Assembly (NCBI GenBank): GCA_951406725.2
Contig: CATOCA020000001.1
Location: 3,162,001 to 3,226,000, forward strand
Length of the DNA: 64,000 bases
DNA from: Octopus vulgaris
Taxonomy: Eukaryota
Reading direction: 5' to 3'
The notes below the pieces were generated by a model. It made no database searches. It was given only the letters and a program-made list of their open reading frames with translations, and was not told the origin of the DNA. Made by a program: the position numbers and the translations under genes. The first letter of the stretch is position 1. Every line of letters begins with the position of its first letter. Below, in pieces: positions 53,694 to 64,000 of the stretch.

Positions 53694-53797
53694 TAACCTG
53701 ATGAGTGGCTATATTTATATCGAAGTGGTTTTACTACTACTATTAATTATTTTACTATAATCATTTCTTAAATATAGCCACGAAACACGTGTCGTTA
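53694..53797 (+). ncRNA. Type I hammerhead ribozyme with extended stem II
   Basis: TAAC-CTGATGA-GTGGCTATATTTA-(51 nt)-TAAATATAGCCAC-GAAAC-ACGT-GTC-GTTA; canonical GUC site. Confidence 0.85.
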
Positions 53798-53956
53798 TTC
53801 TACCAAATGTATACGTTTTATTTATTATTTTGTTGCAATTTACTGAATCATCGGTATATTATTGCAATTTTATATTCAATATTTCTATTATATGTAATTT
53901 TCTGGTGTAATTTAATTGTTCGTTTTGAATTGATAATAGGCGGATTTTTCCTAATT

Positions 53957-53990
<34 letters not shown>

Positions 53991-54041
53991 AGATCGTTAG
54001 CTAGTACACGCATTTTTTCTCTCCTTGTTTTTTTCTGTGTA

Positions 54042-54079
54042 TCTTTCTGTGGAAGAGCGTAGGCTCGAAACGTAAAAGA
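54042..54079 (+). ncRNA. Hammerhead-like motif with altered core (CTGTGGA) in a PLE-type remnant
   Basis: TCTTT-CTGTGGA-A-GAGC-GTAG-GCTC-GAAAC-GTA-AAAGA. Confidence 0.55.
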
Positions 54080-54167
54080 CGTTTTCTATTCCTGAGCGCT
54101 ATACTAATACATTTGTTTGTTTGTACACCACCTGCCTTCGCCTTTTGTTTATTTTCGTAAACTTTCC

Positions 54168-54230
<63 letters not shown>

Positions 54231-54325
54231 CCAAACATGAAAACACAAAGAGAAAACACAACAACGCGAGGACGTGGAACAAGTATAGTATTATTGGACG
54301 CTCAGGAAAGAAGGAAAGGAGGAGG

Positions 54326-54360
54326 GTTTTACGTTTCGAGAGGAGCTCTTCGTCAGAAAC
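54326..54360 (-). ncRNA. Minimal hammerhead ribozyme motif
   Basis: Reverse complement GTTT-CTGACGA-A-GAG-CTCCT-CTC-GAAAC-GTA-AAAC. Confidence 0.7.
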
Positions 54361-54992
54361 ATAGGAAAAGGAAAGATCCAAAGAAGGGAAGACGGAGGAA
54401 AAAATCCCCAACTTTACACAGAAGGAGATATATTTAAGAATTTACAAAAAATTGGAGAGGAATACCGGACCTGTCTATCTGACATTTTCTATCTTGTGTT
54501 TAGCTAAAGAATGTTTGCTATTTGAAAGGATAGTGTGACCGTCTGTTTTGTATGTGTGTGTGTGTGGGGTGGGGGCAATGTGGAATCAAAAGGATTTTTT
54601 GTTTCTGGGATAGTCTGTCATGGTTCAGTGTTTTTGGGACTGGTGTAGTTTAGAAAAAACAAGTAAGGAGTCGATATCCTCCACCATCATAACTACAAGA
54701 ACTGGAGACTGTTTTAGCTGAAGAATAGAAAAATATTCCTTTGGAAACAATTGGCCCCAGAGTTTAGTGTGGCGAGTGAATGGGTCTCTGTATGTGTGTG
54801 TTTTATATTTAGCAGGATGGTGTGTGTATATGTGTGCACGGTTGTGTGTGTATGTATGCACCTGAGTGTGTGTGTGTGTGTGCGCGTGTGTATGTTTGTG
54901 AGTGATATATGTTGGTGGGGATGTTATGTGTGTGTACGTGAGCGTCTGTGTGTCTGTCTGAGTATGTTCGTGTTGTATTAATTGTCCTGGTG

Positions 54993-55046
<54 letters not shown>

Positions 55047-55055
55047 GTTTGTATG

Positions 55056-55100
<45 letters not shown>

Positions 55101-56030
55101 TTATATATATAATTGCAGCGTGGAAGGTGTTTGTAAGCCATTTAAGAAACACGCAAAAGCCGTTCGGTTCTCTTCAACATTTAAGTTTAATTTGTCAAAA
55201 TATTTTCATCGCTAAAATCCGAGACCTGATCACTGACAAAAATCTGGGCTGCATCTAAGAACGTAACAGTTAGTTCGCCATATATATGTACGTATGTACG
55301 TGTGTATGTATGTATGCACGAATGTATGCATGCATGCATGTATGTATGTATGTACGTACATACGCTTGTGTGTATGTATGTATGTGTGTGTGTGTATATG
55401 CACGCACATACACACTATAAACTTAAAGCTATAAACCTGTAGTGATGGATAGATGTAGACTAACCACTCATCCCAATAATATCAAATTTCAACCTTCCCC
55501 GCCGAAACTAGGAAGTGATTTACGACCCCCACCCCCAAAACAAAACTCTAAAACCTATTATCAGACATTTATCTCAATATTACAAAACTTTTGTTTTACT
55601 ATAACTATTTTTTTTCGCCCTTACATCTAGTTACTTCAGGTTAAATATGTATACGTATGTATGTGTGTATGTGTGTATGTGTGTATGCACGTATGTATGT
55701 ATGTATGTATGTATGTATGTATGTATGTATGTATGTATGTATGTGTGTATGCACGTACGTACGCATGTGCGTATGTATGCATACGCGCACGTATGCATGT
55801 GCCTATGTATGTGTGTGCGTACATGTACGTGCGTATGTACGTGTGTGTGCCCATACGCAGGTATGTATGTATGTTTGTACTTATGTGCTACGTATGTATG
55901 TGAGTATCTAGGAGAATGGGCAGACACGTCTGTGTGTGTGTACATGTGTATGTGAATGTATGTCCGTGTACTGGTATGTGTCCGTCCAAGTTGTGTACAT
56001 GACTGTTAATTTGTTAAAGGTTGTCTATAT

Positions 56031-56217
56031 ATTTATTTACTACCCACAAGGGGCTAAACACAGACGGGACAAACAAGGACAGACAAAGGGATTTAAGTCA
56101 ATTGCATCGACCCTCAGTGCGTAACTGGTACTTAATTTATCGACCCAGAAAGGATGAAAGGCAAAGTCGACCTCGGCGGAATCTGAACTCGGAACGTTTC
56201 TGCCAGCTCGCCGTCAC
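56031..56217 (-). mobile_element. tRNA-derived SINE, internally deleted
   Basis: Reverse complement matches 32008-32225; ~21-bp TSD tttgtt(a/g)aaggttgtctatat. Confidence 0.8.
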
Positions 56218-56262
56218 TTTGTTGAAGGTTGTCTATATACACACATATATGTTTGTATAGAC

Positions 56263-56329
<67 letters not shown>

Positions 56330-56934
56330 GGTGTGTGTTTGTTCCTCTCATCATCGTCTAACTGTGAATGGATACAACATTTCGGTGCAACTGTGCACAT
56401 ATAACCATATACATATACACAAGTACACACAATCATATAGACACACTCATAAATATACATATAATCTTAAATTATATACTCATATATACTTATCCACTTC
56501 TACATACATATGTCCTATTACACACATACACACACACACACGCACACACACATCACACATGCATAAACATACATACGCACACACACACACACACATACAA
56601 AATACGACACAGTATACAAGGGCAACGGTTAAAAATCGAACATGCATTATATTAACCTATCTGCTCTTTTTCTTTTTTCTTTTTTTATATATGCATAAGC
56701 GCATACATATACAATACATACATACATCCATACATGCTCATATGTGCATGCATGTGCATTTTTTCTTATAGCACCACACACGCACATACATATCGAACAA
56801 CGTACGCCCATACGGTTACATATAACTGCACATAAGTGTTTTAGCACCACGCATTGCAACATGTATGTAAGGATTACATGTAAACGAGAGAGAGGGGTGG
56901 TTATAGAATGGTCCTCCTGAATGGGATCTGGATG

Positions 56935-57390
56935 TTACTCCATTCGGATTTTCGGTTGAGAGTAGGTTTGTATTCTTGTATACAAACAGCTTCTGTGACC
57001 TATCTCAACATTGCATCGGTGGGATGTGTTGATAGGATGTTTAACTTAAGTTTCCCTGAGGATCCCCCGTGGTAGTCCACAGCATGTTGGTAGAAGATGG
57101 AGTTTGGCTACCTTTCAATGTAGTTGTCCAGGTGTTCTTTGAACCTATCATTGATACTTCTAGAAGTCTCACCTATGTATGACTCTCGGTTAGTCTCGCA
57201 AGCTCCTTCTTGGCACTCAATTTGGTATACAGTGCCCTTGGTTTTGCAGTTCACATGTGGGTTTGTCGAACATACTGCACAATTACTTTGACAGGTGATT
57301 CTATCAAATGGATATGAACTGCATAATGGAGATTTGGCATTATGCAATCGGCATTATGCAGATCATATCCATTTGACAGAATCACCTGAG
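56935..57390 (-). mobile_element. Penelope-like GIY-YIG endonuclease fragment with a short 5' inversion
   Basis: CQSNCAVC...NCKTKGTVYQIEC...C...YIGETSRSINDRFKEH...*PNSIFYQHAVDYH...R*VTEAVCIQEYKPTLNRKSEW. Confidence 0.85.
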
Positions 57391-57997
57391 AGGTGAAAAG
57401 TAGAACAACAAAGGGCCATTGACATCAATCGGATCCATTGTCAGGTTAGAGACCGCAGGTGAGAACAAGATGTCTCTTATGCAAAACAACTGCTCAAACA
57501 AGATTGTCAAGGACTACCATCACAGGTGTATGAATGTGTCCATCACACACTGAAACACCAACCGCAACCACCACAAACATATAAATGCATACAAATAAAC
57601 ATGTGTTTGTACGTGTATCCGTGAGAGAGTCTGTGTGTGTGTGTGTGTGTGTAAATACACCCGTCTGGCTACTTCATTTGAAGTTTACAATATCGATGCT
57701 TTTTCAGTTCTGCTGCGTTTCGCTGGAGAACCGTTTTCCCCCAATGTTTCAGCGACTCGGAGATTAAACATCTCTATTGTCAATTAAAATGCAGCAGGCG
57801 AGGACAGAAAGTCTCTTAAGCAAGAAGTCACCCAAAACCTCACAACGGAAAATGTGAACGACTACCATCACAGTTATGTGTATGTGTCCATCTCACACAC
57901 ACACACACATAAATGCAGGTAAATGAATGTGTTTGTACGTGCATCCGTGAGAGAGATTGTGTGTGGGTGTTTGTGTGTGTGTGTATATGTATGTACG

Positions 57998-58029
<32 letters not shown>

Positions 58030-58091
58030 CATACATACATATATACATACATATATATATACGTATATATACGTATATATACATATATACG

Positions 58092-58139
<48 letters not shown>

Positions 58140-58843
58140 TATATACATATACATATATACATACATACATTAATTGTCCCAGCGACGCTTGACAAGCGCA
58201 GTGAACATCCCTCTCACTTAGCGATGCGGCAAATTGTACCGATAGAATGAGTGTCGGGCTTAGATATTACTTGGGTTGATATGTTGGACTAAAAACTTAA
58301 AGTTGGTTCCAAACCAACTCTGACAGTGTGCTTCCTATGTAAACACCAACTGCTTTTATTAGACGCTTATATCAATGCATAATTGATGTAATTTGCATGT
58401 CAATAGCCTTCTTCAGCCGCGTACAATTACTACTCCAAGGACATGTATTACATTAGTTTGGGAAAAAGACGAATTACGTTGGGGATGCAAATCCTCATAG
58501 TCCTGTACAACAGAGCGAGGCACCAAAACAAAATCGAAGCGTCCATCCCGTTTTTCACGAAGAATGTATTCTCAAGAAAAATCTCAGCAAAAATCCAAAG
58601 TGTAAAAATAAGCAGAGACACATGAAAATATTCGAAATACGTAAATATTAACAAGTGAAACCAATTGGTACATAGGGAATCGTTTTTCATTTCGGATATT
58701 TTCATGTTTCTTCGCGTATTTTTACACTTTGGCTTTTTGCTGAGATTTCTCTTGAGAACACAGTCTTCGTGGTAAATGGCGATTTGACGTCTATCTTTAG
58801 CATATAGGCTATCCACTTTTAGTGGTCAGTCGTCTAAATTGTG

Positions 58844-58911
<68 letters not shown>

Positions 58912-58914
58912 CAC

Positions 58915-58961
<47 letters not shown>

Positions 58962-58998
58962 CACATATATATATATATATACACATATATATACATAT

Positions 58999-59053
<55 letters not shown>

Positions 59054-60767
59054 GAAGTGACTAATGTTGCTAGTAAGCAGCAGCAACATTGCTAGAAATA
59101 AGAGTCAGAATGGCTCTTAGCCATCAGTAAGCAAGGGATACAAGCTCCATAGTGCAAGCAAGACAGAGCCGGATCATCGATGATTTCGGATGTGTGATGC
59201 ATTCCATGTGGTTGCCAAAGGTTAAAACTCAACTGGCCTTGTCTGTTTATAAGAAATACCAAAGCAACCAGTGGCTCGTGGCTAAGAGTTGATTTGGCTC
59301 GTATTTCTAGCAATACTTTTGCTTTTTCGTTGTAAATTGCGAATAGTTACCCCAATGATTTATAATTTTCACTTTTATCATTCACGGAATCAGCCACTGA
59401 TACACACCTGCATACACACACACACACATAAATCAATGACAATTTTTGTCTGACTTTTACCATCGTAATGTTTAAACCAATGAACCAATATTCACGAAAC
59501 TCTCCGTTCATGTTACACTAACATTCAGTTAAGTGATAAGCTAATTGGATTCCTATAAAAATCTATAACGTGCAACCCAGGGGCATTGGAACAAATAAAA
59601 TTTTAAAATGATAAAGTTGCAAAACGTATTAATTTGACGGAAAGAGAGTATATGAGAGGGAGACTTCTATCAGTGAAGGCGAGAACATCAGCAAGAATGG
59701 GATTTTAATGTTAATATAGCTGTCATATACACGTGATGCTGCATACATACTTTTGTAAATACATTGATACAACACACACATACACAGAGAAGGGTGCATT
59801 TTATGAATACGTAGCTTTCATGTGAGACAGAGTAAGTGGCTTTTCTGATGTTTATCGGCAAAGAAACACTCACACATAGACACACGCATACATATGAGTA
59901 TATACATACAGGGTACATGCATATGTCTATTATACAACATTTTAAACTCGTTATTCCCTGTGTGTACGTATTTAAATGTGTGTGTGTGTGTGTAACATGT
60001 CCTATAACTGTCTGTCTCTCTCTAATTTTGTAGAGACATCCCTGTTACTGTCACATATTTTGGGAGAGTATAACTAGGTCAATATTTCCAAACTTAGTAA
60101 CTTGAAATAACTTTGTTATTTATTTGTTGCAGAAAAGTTGCAGAAAAAGGTTAGTGAGGTTTAAAGTTTAACAAATATTACCTAATCATAAAACAGGATT
60201 TGGAAGCTGGCATAGGAGCCAATTCTGGGATGCTGGAATCTTTATGTTGAAGGAAAAATGGAGAAAGGAGAAAGGTTGTGCAACAAAATGGTTCATATTT
60301 AGTTGAATAAATATTCAATCACATAATATTGTTTTCTCTTCTAATTTCCTTAAATAATCGCCATGAACTTTCCAGATAACCTTAAGTACCAAGCATTCTA
60401 CTCTCAGCTACAAATGAAGGTAGATAACTATCAACATATGGGAGGAGGTTAAATCTGCCGATATAACAATGGAAGCGTTTAAGGAGGCAATTAAGTATGG
60501 CAACAACAACGAACGGATATTTCAAAGTTTATCTTTATTTCAAAAGCTAATTTCTAACAAAGGAACCAAACCAGTGAAGGGTATCTCTTATGTGAGAGAT
60601 AGATCTGCTAGAATTAGTAGCTAAATCCACTGCATTCCACACCTCATCATTGTAAAGGAGGATACATTGGAGAATGTGGTTCTTGGTTCTCTATACTTTG
60701 GTCAAAGGTCTCTCTCTTTGGTCAGCATTCACCTGGGAGTAAACAACAGCAGAATTTACACAGAAAT

Positions 60768-60973
60768 TCACCGTTCATCTAATGAGAGATATTCAAGGGC
60801 AGCAAAGCACTCAGCATCTTTAAGGCCTCTTCTGAGGTTCTCAACTGTACGTTCCTCTGGTTTACAATTTATAAACCAATCACAAAGCATTTGATAACTC
60901 TGCTTTACTGTGTCACAAGGGAAAACGTTCTTGATAATATCCTGGTCAATTGCTGGAATTCCTAAAAAAATAC
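60768..60973 (-). pseudogene. Terminal exon encoding the C-terminal part of a death domain
   Basis: tcttttgcag acceptor, phase 1: GIFLGIPAIDQDII...KQSYQMLCDWF...TVENLRRGLKDAECFAALEYL...*. AATAAA on the - strand at 60534-60539. Confidence 0.8.
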
Positions 60974-61016
60974 CTGCAAAAGATACAATAAGAAATAACA
61001 GCAACAGTATTAACAA

Positions 61017-61409
61017 TCTCTCTCTATATAAAGCTGAAGTCGTCTGTGTATGGCAGGTTTGGTAGCCTTCAACTAACATTATCTCCTCTGAGACCCTGAG
61101 GCGCAAGTTGATCAAAATTGAGAATATGATAGAAGAAGCCTTGCTCTTCATTCCGTAGAAGATAAAATTCAAATCAGACCATGTTAAGACCAAAAATTAT
61201 TTACATCAATAGGCTACTTTTTTTCTATGAAAATCCTTATTTTTTAACGATTTTTTTACTGATGTGTCGCCATTGTTCGGTGTATTTCAACCAGAAAAAT
61301 GTTCACTTAAAGAGAATAACAAGCTATATAATGCTAAAATTTTACTTTTCAAAAATTCCAGTTCTAAATGGTCAAAACAAACCTGAGCAACGCCGGGCGA
61401 TACTGCTAG
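61017..61409 (+). mobile_element. Non-autonomous Helitron-like element
   Basis: 5' TC, 3' CTAG, A|T target; 3' 29 bp identical to the 40034 element. Confidence 0.75.
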
Positions 61410-61915
61410 TGTTATAGTAAAAGTCTTTATCTTTATTAACAATCTAAATTTTATTATTGAGAGACATTCCTAACATGAATGGTCAACCAGCAATCACAAT
61501 GGCTTTGGACAATAATTTTATACTGTCACCATTTAGCGTTTAAACCGGCCATATCCGGCCCAAATATTCTATATGTTTTATATCCAAACTGGCAATATTA
61601 AGCCTCTCATACCAAACCTAAATTGACATTCTAAAAATAAACAATCGCAGCATTGAAACCTCAAAGATATAAGATAATGCATGATTAATTCAAAACAATT
61701 TGAATAAAAAAATATTACATTTAACAGAGTAATCTGAACACTAAAGGATTCAACAATATTTAGATCCAAAACAAACATTTGATTGATCTTCGTAAATGTC
61801 CTCTATTAAGACATCTTACATAATCTAACAATGTTGCAATTATATCACTTAATTATCACTTAATTACAGTTTCTCTCTAAGTTTTGTTTACTTTGCTTAT
61901 ATCTGTGCCAAATCA

Positions 61916-62243
61916 TGTGAAGGCGCATGGCTCAGTGGTTAGAGCGTTGAGCTTATGATTGTGAGGTTGTGAGTTCGAATCCCGGACCGGGCTGCGTGTT
62001 GTGTTCTTGAGCAAGATACTTTATTTCACGTTGCTCCAGTTCACTCAGCTGTAACAAAAGCTAGGTCAAGCTGTATCGGCGCCTTTTCCCTCCCCATGGA
62101 TAACACTGGTGGCGTGGAGAGAGGAGGCCTGGGCGACTGCTGACTTCCATAATCAACTTTGTCCGGACTTGTGTCTGGGAGAGTAACTTTCTAGGTTCAA
62201 TCTCATGGACAGTCATGACTGAAGGGATCGCTCTCTTTCCATA
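61916..62243 (+). mobile_element. tRNA-derived SINE
   Basis: Head ggcgcatggctcagtggttagagcg...gttcgaatccc (A and B boxes); TSD tgccaaatc. Confidence 0.8.
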
Positions 62244-62499
62244 TGCCAAATCTATTACATGGCATTGTTCTCAAGACTAATCTTCACTAACAATCTGCTT
62301 AATTCCAATGTCAGACAAGTTATTCATCAAAGATCTAGTAACAAACAAATGTCACAACCACTTCAAGAAGGATAAACATACACCTAATCTCTTTGTTAAA
62401 CATTGTTGCTGATAATATTTAATTTTACATTTTATTCTACACAATAAGGGCAATGAGACAAGCAGGACAAACAGACAGATCATCAAAGAGCATTCTTAC

Positions 62500-62639
62500 C
62501 AACTCGACTTCTGCTTGTTACAGGTTTTAAACACCTCAGACATCATTTCAGTGGAACGTTTGAACATTCTTCACATGTCACAAGGTGTCCACAGGGATGA
62601 ACTTTTGTTGTGGCTGCTTTATTTCTGCACCACAATCAT
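62500..62639 (-). pseudogene. RING-finger exon, Mind bomb (MIB)-like, with two TGA stops
   Basis: ttgcacag|A...G|gtaag: *LWCRNKAATTKVHPCGHLVTCEECSNVPLK*CLRCLKPVTSRSRV; C3HC4 pattern with the first Cys lost to TGA. Confidence 0.85.
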
Positions 62640-63074
62640 CTGTGCAAAGAAATACAAACATATCTAATCAATAACATTCATTTATAAGAAATATGACATT
62701 GTGTACGTGTTTACAGAAGAGAATATTATGAAAGACTTCAGTGACAATCAAGAGCACATCAGAAATTCTTTAAACCATTACATATTGGCAGATTTGTGTG
62801 TAGCTAAATAGTCCATGCACACACACACACACACACGTACATAAAATTTGGGGTGCCAGTGAGGTACCTCTGTCAATAGAACCCATTATGTGAATGTAAT
62901 TGAAACAGTGTTCTTTCTTTGACCACCCAACAACTATAATTGTTGTTTTGTGCTACCTTTCATCAAAACACTAGCAACAGTTTTATTTATTGTTAGAATT
63001 TAAACGAAACACACATATAAACATGATTATTATATACAAAATAGTTTATCTTGTCATTGCCAGGAAATACTTAC

Positions 63075-63207
63075 TGTGGCGGTAAAAATGTTTGTAATTT
63101 TGTTTTCAAATTTGGGTTTTTAATGAGGTACAATGGCTGGCGAGATATCTGGTAACCACAAGGCCAGAGAACCTTTCGTCTTTGCTCAAGCTGAGCTCAG
63201 TGCAGCA
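63075..63207 (-). pseudogene. Post-ankyrin exon of the MIB-like pseudogene (internal deletion/frameshift)
   Basis: tttgtag|CCTELSLSKDERFSGLVVTRYLASH / LIKNPNLKTKLQTFLPP-CA|gtaagt; the phase-2 donor matches the RING exon. Resembles the MIB ..A.YLA..GAD....N...TPLDL..DP.L...L segment with its middle deleted. Confidence 0.7.
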
Positions 63208-63323
63208 CTACAAAGAATGAAATATAAAATGATAACAATATTACACAAATATTCATAACAGATACCTCTAATTACAGAACAGATCATATAAATCTAGTCA
63301 TAGTTTGTTTATCCAGTAATTAA

Positions 63324-63531
63324 CCCTTTCGTTACCAACCCAGCTCAGATTCTGTAGTACAAATGTCTTGTTTTCAAAAGTTCTGAATTAAAATCTTCCA
63401 CCAAACCCTTAGTCACAATTTATGTTCCTAACACTAGCTGAATGATAAGTTATTTTACTAAATTCTTTGTTATATTTAAAATAATTGAAAGAAACACAGA
63501 GCATCTCAAAATATATACAGTAACGAAAGGG
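63324..63531. mobile_element. piggyBac-type MITE
   Basis: TTAA|CCCTTTCGTTAC ... GTAACGAAAGGG|TTAA: 12-bp TIRs and TTAA TSD. Confidence 0.85.
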
Positions 63532-64000
63532 TTAAACCAATTATAAAATATTTACTACCTCCATCATCTCTAATTCAGATCATTTTCCATTCTCATTCGT
63601 TTTTGACTTTATTTTCGACATTAATTTACGAAGCCCAGTATTGTTGCGTTTGTCAATATGTCTAAATGTAGAAAAATGATGAAATATTATTTTTGACAAT
63701 CTATTAACGGTTTTTAAAAAAATGACTTGCTCGCTTTCTCCTTACATCATATACTACTAACATACGCGGTAATCACATTCTGTTAAAATGGTTTATTGAT
63801 GTGTTTTGTTCCTTTTCTTCCCTGATGAGATGATTGCATTGTTTTACATAATTTTTTATTCTCTCTGGAAGAATCTCAATACTTTTCTCGAAATATATGT
63901 TGGAAGTATAGATGGTTTAAATAGCATGTGTTTGACTCCATGTCTTAATTCATCTTTTTCTTTCTCTGTCTCTATATAAATATGTATTATATATATATAT

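Noticed and set aside
4117-59089. Numerous [12 protein letters not shown]/poly-I/L/N ORFs
   Set aside because: Translations of (TA)n, (CA)n and (AAT)n microsatellites that lack stops by composition.
60974-61193. N-terminal half of the 141-aa ORF 60768-61193
   Set aside because: Intron plus antisense Helitron sequence; only 60768-60973 is exon.
61920-61995. tRNA gene
   Set aside because: The tRNA-like head continues into a SINE body flanked by a TSD, and the acceptor stem is poor.

Overview
AT-rich eukaryotic DNA full of (TA)n, (CA)n and (AAT)n tracts. The SINE, MITE and microsatellite content suggests a cephalopod (Octopus-like) genome; this is an inference. Almost all ORFs in the track are microsatellite artefacts. 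Real content: (1) The 3' part of a + strand gene. Its phase-1 microexons encode ...NEVQT.../...KQVQT... peptides (LC8/DYNLL-type QT motifs), and one exon was multiplied five times by a ~3.6-kb tandem duplication (~3620-30435). They splice in frame onto one 4.85-kb terminal exon encoding ~6 tandem NHL-like beta-propellers, broken by two TAA stops and one frameshift. (2) A convergent - strand pseudogene with Mind-bomb-like post-ankyrin and RING exons plus a death-domain exon; its intron is homologous to introns of the + gene. (3) Post-duplication insertions into the units' microsatellites: three R4/Dong-type RLE retrotransposons in (AAT)n and two Penelope-like elements in (TA)n. (4) About 13 hammerhead-ribozyme motifs of several sequence families, mostly tied to Penelope-like repeats. 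(5) A 15-copy 171-bp satellite. (6) Relics of HERO, RTE, hAT, Helitron, piggyBac-type MITE and tRNA-SINE elements. All calls were made by eye, without database searches.
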